Positions 39,801 through 48,374 of a stretch of 64,000 nucleotides of DNA are shown here, one piece after another. The DNA comes from an uncultured virus (IMG/VR IMGVR_UViG_641228477_000003) (lineage: Duplodnaviria > Heunggongvirae > Uroviricota > Caudoviricetes). The DNA is taken from positions 1 to 64,000 of IMG/VR virus record IMGVR_UViG_641228477_000003; one strand, given 5' to 3'. Positions within the stretch are counted from its first letter, which is position 1. Each line of letters begins with the position of its first letter. The translations under genes were made by a program, and so were the position numbers. The notes under the pieces were generated by a model, which was not told the origin of the DNA, searched no databases, and was given only the letters and a program-made list of their open reading frames with translations.

Positions 39801-40463
39801 TCCGACTGGTACGATTGCAGTACACATATCGCTTCTATCCTCTTCACGAGATACGCCGATAAGGTCTTTGTTATAGGTGAACCGTTTGCCTGTGCGCCTT
39901 CCTCGCTTCTTGACAAGATGGACTAACTGCGATATTATCCGCTGACCATTCCAGTGAATCGTGAACTCTAATTCCAAACCGAATACTTCACGAATCTTGT
40001 GTAGTCCTGCGAGTCCTGTCGGAAACTCATTTAAGTCTACGTCATTTAGTCCAGTGTAATCAGCGACACCGATTTCCCAGCCAGTACCTTGTAATACATA
40101 GACGCCAGCTTGTTTCGCACTTACACCGACTAACTTCGTTCCAGTAACGACATGTCCAATGAGATCGCCTACTGCTGAATTCTCTGCGAATATTCTACGG
40201 ACATATTGACCTTCCGAATTACGTGACTCATGTGTACGCAGAATAGTGAACTTCATTAATCGTTTGTCAAGGTCACGTACAAGTACGCTATTTCCTGCGA
40301 CAAGGGCTGATGTAGCTACGCTATTCGCTAGTACTTCGAATTCGTACGTTAAGACACCGTCAAGGGATTCAAAATGACTGTCCTTGAAGTATTGCGGTGC
40401 TTTCGGACTTGAATTCGTTAGAATCGTTTTCTGCTTGTTATATTGGTCTACTACGATAATCAT
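33873..40463 (-). CDS. Large tail spike/central fibre (Tal-type N-terminus, repeats, carbohydrate-binding modules)
   Basis: Minor structural N-domain, LWLDTS repeats, 11-aa AEK repeats, 10-aa beta repeats, discoidin-like domain. Confidence 0.9.
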   Translation of the reverse strand: MIIVVDQYNKQKTILTNSSPKAPQYFKDSHFESLDGVLTYEFEVLANSVATSALVAGNSVLVRDLDKRLMKFTILRTHESRNSEGQYVRRIFAENSAVGDLIGHVVTGTKLVGVSAKQAGVYVLQGTGWEIGVADYTGLNDVDLNEFPTGLAGLHKIREVFGLELEFTIHWNGQRIISQLVHLVKKRGRRTGKRFTYNKDLIGVSREEDRSDMCTAIVPVGKADESGKRLTLAGHDGQFDGWVSPKDQNWIGDNDALQQFGVAGKHIFGRVEFSSIEDVYALMKAGVEEIKKRNKPRMTYETQVVLLERLAKWKHEAVRLGDYVLVKDTMFVPYLAVDARVIQIKRSYTDPSQDAVVLGEFVPVIIEPNKQIEAIQDQINSNMSKWESKGETVYKSKTPPIKSKREPDMLWLDTSREPNIMKRWDAENEVWVKATATEASDIGAETPSGAQEKAKEAEKQAIETAEKDATQKKEEAISEANNYTNEKVIEVVEETIIETKSYVDGLIPEVEAELQEHANKVAKDAEDNAKLFTESYSEKSMHVDIKPPADTTKLWMDTTKKPYILKKYDGKEWIPTSPQVPADIGAPDLNDVIEKADKAREDAIKEAKAEAEKARTSAIEEAKNLDLAIKSEAERIAKEAETNANNHTNEVTKTVEEALKQDSQDKADTAQSNAVDQALKDAKAEAEKARQLAEKNAKDEATKLSSEAQRLAEAEAKKLADEAKRLATEDAKKLAGDAKTQAEAEAKKLADEAKRLATEDAKKLAEDAKTQAITEADKKAKEEDAKVRSELTNKINEMSNAGRNLLIGTKGKHHVVVNNENKPHTYFGFTPTAKEQLRGQSIVISLRMDGKIASIGTTSPWVGAELKITFTDGTEMYRSARFETIIKPNVQYTRQLIQAATKIDDKPIKELSFYSLARDFTNGTIDMYEYKVGIGTKFTEYDQPLEEIDKEFADIKKHAEDKAKEAQTNATNRANDVKKEVEDFAKNASNITQGTLAAQRLHGVTISGNSAKIVDIDAGNITVGTLDASRLKVGSISADHLEFGGRLRNVAGNAPTTYSSGDLIANGMTGADNTAVPRWMVKQFPATATVNLGNIVGEVVRIGFTTYYTTDARYTPKSFKIETSMNNTTWEVVADVTNNTAVPLSYTFGGRQVQYVRLTIREPQPSQTAVNIANFEVMATQGGSILTGDSIVTGRIDATKVNVDNLNAGNIKVGTIHADRIGANTITAEKIATNAVTTDKLVANSVNASKIVANAIVADKIAVNAVTTDKISANAVNASKIVANAIVADKIASNAVIADKIQAGAVTTDKLQANSINASKLQANAVTAEKILAGAITTEKLHVLAKSLIANPTLTGNDSTGWGVSKHATSTVMMRGSSNMGDVLVHGFTTAEHEQPTLYNSEYFEVDPNQTYKASIGMFVEKNEMQGAQYFGLNAYDKNQKELPVQPLNPINGALSGDPRTNPYFWSGEGEVGRWLFMDGYVLSSQAGGNEAPQGRNIQASYRMHPATKYLRVRFYSGYYPKVKNKDASILWHSPSISAVDSGTIVAERIVAGTLDANKVNVTNLKANNITSGTMTADRINGGTINATNTNIINLKAGNIVSGTIDASKIAVTNMNAGNITAGTLHADRIGAGTVNASKIATNSITSDKIVAGSVIADKIATNAVTADKIVAGAINASKLSANAIDASKIQANAVTADKIAVNSINASKIVAGAITADKIATNAISASMIQTGVLDASKVTVKNLSAGVITGGTMSADRITGGTINATNTNIINLKAQNIASGTINADNVEISNGRVTIGKAGVTVTDADFLIKDAKTGLLSSAVSATNLVHDHSFELINANVSGGVIGGIYNPVDTKTINDNDKSYQWAKRGTPRIATYYGGSAQPEAVPFGMKALLVNNANYVFQDVTVSPNKQYTISLHAGKPFGGLGAGAPRLMVQHVGFNGTDVNGVVIHSETKDFPVPNANIGDVVRYGVTVTAHANLSQYTRRALRINIVTTNANWCVVDGVQVVSGSKASPYEAEDSLWKSALARLQYRRLQSDNVTVSDTLDAMNMRFKYLRGHKDKGILVDHGNNNVTLSAADGNLHLGYEHTAEVMVNSQMRVHAPLLPQQGINIQGGNSAGAGIDTSKMIRTWDADIIANGQATIKAPHFVFNSPNRIVSNENGALWYGAGGAGMGLYLFVGNGWQVIKTFGVG

Positions 40464-40547
40464 GGATATAATCCGCCCCTTTCTGTAGAATCCTCTACAT
40501 AAAAATAAGGACGCCAACGCCCCAATAAAGAGCGCTAACGTCCTCGT

Positions 40548-41999
40548 CTATAAGTGCTTCTCATCGTAATAGATGTATGTTTCTCCTACCGATGGTGGGT
40601 AGATTGCTAACTGCGACTTACCTACAGGAATCGGGAAGAAGTCACTCGACGGTTCGAGCAATTCATTCGCTAGGATTCCGTTATGGTAGACAGCCCCTTT
40701 CTCCATATCTACCTCGACAAAGTCGCCAGTTTTAAGTGGTTTGTCGTTATAGATATCACGATTTCCCTCGTTATACTTGAATACATTAACGTGATTTAAC
40801 GTCATGTAATAGCGGTTCGTGCCGTCACCGAGCGCAGATGCTTCTATTTGAACGCCAGCCAGTTTCCGATTAGTCCATGCTCGTGCATAGTCCGCATATT
40901 CACGGTACAGTTCCGTATGATAACGACCTGTCTTCGTGTCTTTGATTGCGAAGTATGTGAACCACGTATCGTAACCATCTCGCTTCTTGCGACCGAATCG
41001 AATGATACCCTCATTCCACCCACTCCATACGCCAGCATAAGCGCCTTGGTCATACACGAATGCGATTCCGTCGGCTTGCGGCCCGAACTTCGCAGTAGCG
41101 ATTTGTTGCGATTGAGTCCATGTAACATCGTTCATCTTGGCGCTACCAAACTGCTTGCCGTTCTCATCTAGGAAGTAGAAACCCAAACGCCCCATATCTA
41201 ATCTGTCCCACGACAAGAAGGTGCAATGTAATTCGACCATGAAGTTCTCACAAGGTTGATTCAGCGATCTATACGCAGATGCGCCGTGCCAGCCAGCGCC
41301 TTTCCCATAATCCTTAACTTCGAATTGATATCCGTTGCTTGTGAAATCCGCCGTTATCTGCCCATCGTCGATAGTAGACGCTCTCTTCCACAGGCTCGTG
41401 TCGATTAACTCATCGTATAGAACTCGTTCCTCATACGGTAGAGTTTCCTTTTCGAAGTCAGGCGCATAACCTACAGTTACCGATTTATCACGACCTACTA
41501 ACGAGAACTGATGCGTATCTTCTTCGATTGCAACTCGCACTGACGGATATGCTGGTGCAGTTCCTTTATTATCGATATCCACGGTCATATTACCTCGTCC
41601 GATTCCGCTTGCTTTCGTTAGCCCAGTTCCGACAGGGTCAGCGCACAATAATGTGAAGTTGATTTCCGCACTAGTTCCGATATGGTTAAGCGGTGTATCA
41701 CCATCAAGAACCGCAGTATAACTCACGTGATTCTTCCAGTTGAAAACGAGTTCACCCTCGCCACCTTGTAGCCATACTTTAATCGCATCTAGTTTCGCTT
41801 CACGTTGCGTAATGCTGTTCGCTGTAATCGTTCCTTTAATTTGATACGTAACTACTTCCTGCTCACTACCGAAGTAGTAAGCGCCGAGTTTCCCCGACGC
41901 TCGTAATAGGCTCGCTTTTTGAGTAGGTAGCAAGCCACGCTCAATTGAGTTCACCGTCATGTAATTCCTTGCATCTTTACCTCTGAATATGAATGACAT
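40548..41999 (-). CDS. Distal tail protein (Dit) with inserted domain
   Basis: MSFIFRG, GELVFN, FTLLCADP, NKGTAPAYP, SDFFPI. Confidence 0.88.
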   Translation of the reverse strand: MSFIFRGKDARNYMTVNSIERGLLPTQKASLLRASGKLGAYYFGSEQEVVTYQIKGTITANSITQREAKLDAIKVWLQGGEGELVFNWKNHVSYTAVLDGDTPLNHIGTSAEINFTLLCADPVGTGLTKASGIGRGNMTVDIDNKGTAPAYPSVRVAIEEDTHQFSLVGRDKSVTVGYAPDFEKETLPYEERVLYDELIDTSLWKRASTIDDGQITADFTSNGYQFEVKDYGKGAGWHGASAYRSLNQPCENFMVELHCTFLSWDRLDMGRLGFYFLDENGKQFGSAKMNDVTWTQSQQIATAKFGPQADGIAFVYDQGAYAGVWSGWNEGIIRFGRKKRDGYDTWFTYFAIKDTKTGRYHTELYREYADYARAWTNRKLAGVQIEASALGDGTNRYYMTLNHVNVFKYNEGNRDIYNDKPLKTGDFVEVDMEKGAVYHNGILANELLEPSSDFFPIPVGKSQLAIYPPSVGETYIYYDEKHL

Positions 42000-42000
42000 A

Positions 42001-45000
42001 TTACCACTGTCCTCTCGCTCGTTGTTTTTGACGCTCTAGTCTCGATAGCTGTTGCGCAATCTTCTCAACATCGGCTTCCTCTCGGACTACTAATTCCGCT
42101 ACTTGAATCGTAGATTGATAGACGTTTCCACCTTGTTGCTGTCCACTTTTTGATGGTGATGCGACGCCCATTGTCGAAGGTCTATTCGCTGTTCGAATGA
42201 AGTTGAATAGATTCGCTTGTTGTGCCTGTGTTAATACCATCTCGTTCTTTAGTAGTCTCGCATCTACTTCGTCGAACTTCGCACTTTTACCGACTAGTCC
42301 ACGAGGTGAACCGCCACTGTGATACTTCGGTCGTGTAGATCGGTTCGATGGCGATGAACCTACTGTACCTCCACTATGGAAATACTTCAGAGGATTCAGG
42401 TCACCGAGCCATTCCAGTGAGATTCGCTTCGTCTTCGGTGCGGTAGCTTTGCGGTCTAAATCGTTGACCTTGCCGTCAGCATCGGATTTATCGACGTCGA
42501 CTTTCTTCGTCTTCTTCGCTTCTGCATCTTTATCTAGTCCTTTGACGGACTTGTTACCTTGCGCAGTATCAGCGAGTACTTTCTTGATTTTCTGCGCCGT
42601 CGCATCCTTATCCAACTTCTGAACGGCAGTCGTACCTTGCGCAGTATTCGCCTGAACCTCCTTGATTTTCTTCGCAGTAGCATCTTTGTCGAGTTGCTTG
42701 ACCTTGCCGTCCGCTTGCGACTTATCAGCATCTACCTTTTTCGTAGCCTTCTTCTCGACGTCTTTGTTCAGTTTGTCGTTCTTCGACTGTGCTTCCTTAT
42801 CATCGAGTCCAGCCTTCTTGTCTTTCTTCTGCTCGACGTCCTTGTTTAACTTATCGTTCTTAGATCGCGCTTCTGAATCATCGAGTCCAGCCTTCTTGTC
42901 TTTCTTCTGCTCAACTTCTCCTTCCAGTTCTTTGTTCTTGCCTTTGGCTTCGTCAGTCTTCAGGTTGACGTCTTTATCAACGTCTTTCCCAGCTTCATCG
43001 TTGAATAAGATAACCTTTCCAGTAGCTTCGTCCCATACGCCTACCATCTGATTGGTTTCGTTACGAGTGCTTTCGATTTCACCCTTCGCCTTTTCTAACT
43101 CGCTCGTGTACTTCTTGGACTCTTCGTACTGCTGTCGCTGTTCTTCGGTAAGTTCTTTCCCTTTACCAACTTGCTTGTCCATTCCGTCACGTTTCTTTTG
43201 CTCGGCTTCCATCGCCTGATTGATTGCTTCGACTTCCTTACCACGTTCCGCAGTAAGTTCTAGGGCGACCATTTTTTCCTCGACGATTTGGTCGGTGATT
43301 TGGTGAATCTTCGCTTCCTTCTTATCGAGTTCGGAGATAGTTCTTTTTGCAGTTTCCATGTTGATTTTGGATTCGATACCTTCCTGCTTGATTGCGTCAC
43401 GCATTTGCTCTTGATTCGATAGTGAGTCTTTCGCAAGCCATAACCTTGCCTGACCAGCGACGCTACTGTCCTTTTCGTACTTAGCGACTTCCTTTTTCTT
43501 CTCGGCGACTGCCTTCTCAGCCAGTTCGAGATTCTTCGTATGCTCGTTTGTCTTACTCTTCTCGGTGTTAATGGTTTTAACGGCTTCCTTGTAGTCCTCG
43601 ATGTGCTTTAACTGGTTCTTCATTGCCTGTTGACGTTGAATCTCCAATTCGATTCTCTGTTGCTCCTTTAACTCGTTCGTAAGCTTCCTCGCTGCGTCCG
43701 AGTTTTTCGCCATTGCGTTGCCTTTTGTGCTGTACGCTTGCTCTGTCGCAGGTGCTTTCGCAATCATTTCGTCATTGGCTTCGATGTACTTCAGTAACTC
43801 TTCTTTCGATACACCCGACTTCTTTGCGAGTTCATCGATTTGGTTGATGTACGCCTGTTTCTTCGCAGGGTCTTCAACACGCTCGACTTCCGTTAACGCA
43901 TCACGATATTGGAGCATTTCGTCCGCAGACAATTTGACCTTACTCTTCATTTGGTCAAACTTATTCGCAACATCTTCGACGCTTCGTGATTGCTCGCCTA
44001 ACTGCTGGTAAGTATCGAGATTGACATCTTGATAGTCTTTCGTAGCAGATTTCGCATTCATCATTACAGCCGTAAGAACACCAACCGCCGCACTCACGCC
44101 AGCAATCCACATCGTAGCTGGATTCATCGTAATAGCGACAGATAGTGCCTTCATTGCCGTAACGATCTTGTAGATTCCGACGCCGACTAACGCAGTACCA
44201 GCGCTAACTGCTCCGAGTGTTAATCCGAATGATACGAATTGTGGGTCTAGCTTTCCGATTACTCCTACAAGCCCAGCCATACCGCCAGCCATGTTCGTAA
44301 GTGCAGGAAGGAATGCTTCTCCGATTTCGATTGCCAGTCCTTCGACGGCTGATGTTAATTCGTCCCATGCGCCTTTCAGCGTTTCTTGCTGAATACGTGC
44401 GACACGTTCTGCCGTTCCGCCAGCGTTCTCAAGACTTCGCTTATATCCTTCTAGTGAGCCTTGTCCTTGACTGATTAATGCAAGGAAACCTGCGGATGCT
44501 TCCGTCCCTACTAACTGGGCCGCGGTTACGGTCTTCTGTGCATCCGTCATGCCTTCCATCTTTCCGCTGATGTGTCCAATTAATTCAGGAAGCGGTTTGA
44601 ATTGCCCATTAGCATCTACTACTGATATTCCTAACTCATCGAAGGCTTTCGCTGTTTGTCCTGTAGGATTCGCTAGGGATAGTAGCATCGCACGTAATGA
44701 CGTACCTGCTTGTGAACCTTGAATACCTGCATCGGACATTTTTGCGATAGCAGTCGCTGTATCTTCCATGCCCCACCCTAATGCGGATGCAACTGGCGCA
44801 ACATATTTCATACCCATACCTAACATGTCTAAATCGGTATTTGCAGTCGTCATCGTTTTCGCTAATATATCGACAGCTTTGTCAGTATCCTTCGCAGATA
44901 ATCCGAACCCTGTCATGATATTCGACGCTATGTCCGCACTCTTACCTAAGTCCATACCACCGACTGCCGCTAAGTTTAAAACGGCTGGCAAGGCGTCTAT

Positions 45001-45384
45001 AGAATCTTGCGCTTTGAAACCTGCCATCGATAGAAACGACAGACCTTCCGCTGCCTGTGATGCACTGAACTGCGTAGACGCCCCTAAATCCTTCGCCGTC
45101 TTCGTTAACTGTGCGAACTCAGTATCTGTCGCACCTGATATCGCCTTAACCTTAGCCATAGATTGCTCGAAGTTCATCGCAGATTGTACCGATGCACCAA
45201 TAGCGCCGACCATCGCAACCCCTGCGACAGCTGACGCTTTACCTAGTGATGACATACTTTTCGATGTACTTTGAGAACCTCTATCGAGTCCTTGCATATC
45301 CGCACGTGACTGCTGTACACCTGCACGGAATTGAGCGTTATCTAGGACGAGTCTTGCCCTGACTTCACCTGCACTTGCTGACAT
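42001..45384 (-). CDS. Tape measure protein (TP901 core)
   Basis: FEQSMAKVKAISGA, TQFSASQAAE, GIQGSQAGTSLR; K/D-rich tandem repeats. Confidence 0.95.
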   Translation of the reverse strand: MSASAGEVRARLVLDNAQFRAGVQQSRADMQGLDRGSQSTSKSMSSLGKASAVAGVAMVGAIGASVQSAMNFEQSMAKVKAISGATDTEFAQLTKTAKDLGASTQFSASQAAEGLSFLSMAGFKAQDSIDALPAVLNLAAVGGMDLGKSADIASNIMTGFGLSAKDTDKAVDILAKTMTTANTDLDMLGMGMKYVAPVASALGWGMEDTATAIAKMSDAGIQGSQAGTSLRAMLLSLANPTGQTAKAFDELGISVVDANGQFKPLPELIGHISGKMEGMTDAQKTVTAAQLVGTEASAGFLALISQGQGSLEGYKRSLENAGGTAERVARIQQETLKGAWDELTSAVEGLAIEIGEAFLPALTNMAGGMAGLVGVIGKLDPQFVSFGLTLGAVSAGTALVGVGIYKIVTAMKALSVAITMNPATMWIAGVSAAVGVLTAVMMNAKSATKDYQDVNLDTYQQLGEQSRSVEDVANKFDQMKSKVKLSADEMLQYRDALTEVERVEDPAKKQAYINQIDELAKKSGVSKEELLKYIEANDEMIAKAPATEQAYSTKGNAMAKNSDAARKLTNELKEQQRIELEIQRQQAMKNQLKHIEDYKEAVKTINTEKSKTNEHTKNLELAEKAVAEKKKEVAKYEKDSSVAGQARLWLAKDSLSNQEQMRDAIKQEGIESKINMETAKRTISELDKKEAKIHQITDQIVEEKMVALELTAERGKEVEAINQAMEAEQKKRDGMDKQVGKGKELTEEQRQQYEESKKYTSELEKAKGEIESTRNETNQMVGVWDEATGKVILFNDEAGKDVDKDVNLKTDEAKGKNKELEGEVEQKKDKKAGLDDSEARSKNDKLNKDVEQKKDKKAGLDDKEAQSKNDKLNKDVEKKATKKVDADKSQADGKVKQLDKDATAKKIKEVQANTAQGTTAVQKLDKDATAQKIKKVLADTAQGNKSVKGLDKDAEAKKTKKVDVDKSDADGKVNDLDRKATAPKTKRISLEWLGDLNPLKYFHSGGTVGSSPSNRSTRPKYHSGGSPRGLVGKSAKFDEVDARLLKNEMVLTQAQQANLFNFIRTANRPSTMGVASPSKSGQQQGGNVYQSTIQVAELVVREEADVEKIAQQLSRLERQKQRARGQW

Positions 45385-45398
45385 ATGATTCCCTCCTA

Positions 45399-45683
45399 TT
45401 AATTGAGCGCTCGTAATTCCTCGAATTTATCTCGGTTAAACTTCTGCTCTTTCTCTTTGATTTCTGCTTCTCGCATATATCTGCGAACCAGTTCTTTGTA
45501 GTCCTTCTCTTCTAGATGTTTCGAACGCAGTATGTTCAGTAACTCTAGCTTCATAATCGCTTGCTGTTTTCGCTTGACTTGCGCCAATCTCGGCAAGTCT
45601 ACCCAGTAATGCTCGTGCATTATTTGATGTTGGGTTACGCCCATTACACCAGCCAATTCGAGTAAGTATTCGTCGATTGTCAT
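45399..45683 (-). CDS. Tail assembly chaperone, gpT-like part
   Basis: In the -1 frame of the upstream gene's slippery site. Confidence 0.8.
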   Translation of the reverse strand: MTIDEYLLELAGVMGVTQHQIMHEHYWVDLPRLAQVKRKQQAIMKLELLNILRSKHLEEKDYKELVRRYMREAEIKEKEQKFNRDKFEELRALN

Positions 45684-45703
45684 TTGACCGATCTCTTCTT
45701 CGT

Positions 45704-46108
45704 CTACTCCTTCGGATTCGTCGTCGGCAACAGGCTTGCGAGGTTTTTTACTATCTTCCCGATTCCGTTAAACTTCGCCATTTGCGTAATGTACTCGACA
45801 ATCTCGTCCAATCCAACGCCACCGCTCGCTAAGTAATCCGCATCAATATTCGAAAGTGTTGACGTGACATTAACGAGGTCATCCATTCCGACATCAAGTG
45901 CTGACATAATGTATGCCATTCTATCCTCTTCAGGCGCTTGGATAATCTGTACAATCATGTTCGGCAAGTTACCGATAACCGCCATTAATTCCTTGTACTC
46001 TGCTGGCGTAATCTTTCGAACTCGTACCGTCTTTTCTCCTAGTTTTAATGTTTCAGGCATTTGCATTGCTTTGCTTGCCTTGTTCTTTGTGAATAAATCA
46101 CGGAACAT
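45704..46108 (-). CDS. Tail assembly chaperone, gpG-like
   Basis: Between tail tube and TMP; A AAA AAC at 45749-45743. Confidence 0.85.
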   Translation of the reverse strand: MFRDLFTKNKASKAMQMPETLKLGEKTVRVRKITPAEYKELMAVIGNLPNMIVQIIQAPEEDRMAYIMSALDVGMDDLVNVTSTLSNIDADYLASGGVGLDEIVEYITQMAKFNGIGKIVKNLASLLPTTNPKE

Positions 46109-46217
46109 AAATATCCCTCCTTGTCAAGTTTGACAAACACACGAAAGTATGCTTGTACATACATAAGGGCATGAAGGCATAAAAAAAGAGACTAGAGCCG
46201 AAGCCCTAGCCTATTGT

Positions 46218-46784
46218 TTATTTTTGCTTTGATAATGCAAGCGTTTCAGTTTCTGCTACAGACTCGTCACCTAAGATGTACAATTCGCCTGTCTCCATGT
46301 TTGGGTAAGCGTTGAACGTCACGTTCGTCACTCGCTCGTTATCAGAGTCGTATGTGTAATCAGGGTCAGCAGATGCACCAGCGAGTGGAATCGTAATCCA
46401 GTCGTTTGCTGTCGCATTCGGGTCAGTTGGTTTGATAACCATCTTGCGAGCAGTCGATAACATATCGAAACCAGCTTGCGCATTAACAACTAACTTCTTC
46501 TTTTCACCTTGAACATGTAGCTTAGTGTTCGGCATTACCATCGCCAACTTCTCCAAGTCGTGTAATGCGAATGGAACTGTCGTTTCTGCCTTACGACCTT
46601 TCATGATTGCTTTTACTGGTGTCTCACCATATTGGTCAACCGTTACTTCCTGAACCGACGTAGATGCACCGAATGTGATACCGCCTTTCGTGATATCGAA
46701 CTTCACCATGTCAGTACCTTCACCATATTCCACGATAGCAGCCCCGATTGGTACGTTAATAGATTTCGTTTTCACATTAGTCAT
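46218..46784 (-). CDS. Major tail tube protein
   Basis: ITKGGITF, TVDQYGETP; position; terminator. Confidence 0.85.
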   Translation of the reverse strand: MTNVKTKSINVPIGAAIVEYGEGTDMVKFDITKGGITFGASTSVQEVTVDQYGETPVKAIMKGRKAETTVPFALHDLEKLAMVMPNTKLHVQGEKKKLVVNAQAGFDMLSTARKMVIKPTDPNATANDWITIPLAGASADPDYTYDSDNERVTNVTFNAYPNMETGELYILGDESVAETETLALSKQK

Positions 46785-46796
46785 ATGTAATTCCTC

Positions 46797-47168
46797 CTAG
46801 TTTCGTATAGTAGTTTCGAAATTCAGCGAGAAGATCGGTCGCTTTGCTCCGTCCTCACCTGTCCATGTAGGCGCTGATTGCATCGCTTTCATCTCAACCA
46901 CTGAAGTTTCGCCAATCATAAAATCACGTTTGAACTTCATCGCATCGTATAATCGATACGCCATTTCTTCCGCACCAGCCTTATCATTCGGTGTCCCACG
47001 CACAAGCAACTGAATGCTCGGACGTCTTACACCTGTCTCTTCGGTAGGAAAACCGCCGTTGATAAGAATTACTACGCTGTCATCTCGCCCAGTAGTTGGG
47101 AAAGAATAGGCGTAATATGTATGCGGTACGAGCGATTTGACATAACTCTCAACTTCTGCCATACGCAT
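46797..47168 (-). CDS. Tail terminator / minor capsid-family protein
   Basis: PSIQLLVRG...FSLNF; position. Confidence 0.75.
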   Translation of the reverse strand: MRMAEVESYVKSLVPHTYYAYSFPTTGRDDSVVILINGGFPTEETGVRRPSIQLLVRGTPNDKAGAEEMAYRLYDAMKFKRDFMIGETSVVEMKAMQSAPTWTGEDGAKRPIFSLNFETTIRN

Positions 47169-47169
47169 C

Positions 47170-47580
47170 TTAACCACCCATTCCTCTCCGAACTGCGTCA
47201 GCAATCCAACGATTATATTTCGGTAGTTCCATCTTCAGAGGTCTTTCGAGATATTTGCGACCGACAGCGTATCCCATGTAAGAACCGCTTTGTTTCGGCG
47301 TATATGACCATTCATGCATCGCAACAGCGTAATCAAAACCGTTACGTCCTCGGATTGAGAACGACACATCCGCCGTTACACCAGTCGCAGATACCTTTAA
47401 CTTCTTCGTATGGGACTTTCGTAGTGAACCTTTATCTAGTGGCGCTAGATTCGAACTGATTCGGATTAAATCATCCGCACAATCATTCAGACCTTTTTCA
47501 GCACCCTCAAGCGCACCTTGCTCGATTCGTTGCATTGCGCTAATGAAACTCGACATATCGATAGTAAGTCCGTCACTCAT
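47170..47580 (-). CDS. HK97 gp10-like neck protein
   Basis: APLDKGSLRKS, YAVAMHE, KYLERP. Confidence 0.8.
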   Translation of the reverse strand: MSDGLTIDMSSFISAMQRIEQGALEGAEKGLNDCADDLIRISSNLAPLDKGSLRKSHTKKLKVSATGVTADVSFSIRGRNGFDYAVAMHEWSYTPKQSGSYMGYAVGRKYLERPLKMELPKYNRWIADAVRRGMGG

Positions 47581-47909
47581 ACGTACACCCACGTAAGCAA
47601 CGGTTTACCTGTAAAATCCCTCTTAATCGTTATATTTCTTGGTTTACCTTTGTGAACCGTGCCAGCTTCGTTAACGTATTCCAGTTCGTCCTCATATCCG
47701 ATATCAGCGAGTTTGTCCAGTACTAGTTTTAAGTCAACGACAACGGTAGCGCCTTGAGTTTGACTTTGTCTGTCAGTTGTGGTATGAGAACCTTCTTCAG
47801 CACGACATTTCAATTCGGTGATTTCAATCTCTTCAGGTTTCCCCCAAATATTTAATTCACCTGTCTCTCGATAACGCTTAACGGTTTGTCTTAATGGAAT
47901 CATCGCCAT
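47577..47909 (-). CDS. Head closure/stopper protein
   Basis: Position and size. Confidence 0.7.
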   Translation of the reverse strand: MAMIPLRQTVKRYRETGELNIWGKPEEIEITELKCRAEEGSHTTTDRQSQTQGATVVVDLKLVLDKLADIGYEDELEYVNEAGTVHKGKPRNITIKRDFTGKPLLTWVYV

Positions 47910-47910
47910 G

Positions 47911-48312
47911 CTATGTCAACCACCCTATCTTTCTCCCACTCGTTTGTAGATTGTCGTTTGCTTCGTCAATTAGCTTCGCTACACTGTCGGGGATTAGTTC
48001 GTCAGGGGATTGACCAATAGCACTCGATACGTTGTTCTCTTTGAATGTGAAAGAACCAACACCTGTTACACTGAAGGACGCAATCCCTTGTTGTTGTAAC
48101 CTGTTCGTATCGTTATACACGATTGCTAGATACGCACTGAATTCGTAGATTGCTTCAGGTGGGATAACTGTGTCTTTGCCATAATGGTTTCGCAATGTCC
48201 TACCAGCAACGTTCATCAGCCGTACTTTCTTCGCATCATCCGATTCGTGCCAGTCTTCGTTGGTAATCACGTACAAATCGATATGTTCCGTAGCGTTTAA
48301 GATTCTCTCCAT
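47911..48312 (-). CDS. Head-tail adaptor
   Basis: QGIASFSV; follows capsid gene. Confidence 0.75.
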   Translation of the reverse strand: MERILNATEHIDLYVITNEDWHESDDAKKVRLMNVAGRTLRNHYGKDTVIPPEAIYEFSAYLAIVYNDTNRLQQQGIASFSVTGVGSFTFKENNVSSAIGQSPDELIPDSVAKLIDEANDNLQTSGRKIGWLT

Positions 48313-48374
48313 GAATCACCGCCCTCCTTATACGAAAAAGCGACTAGAGCCGAAGCCCTAGCCGTTCATTCCGA

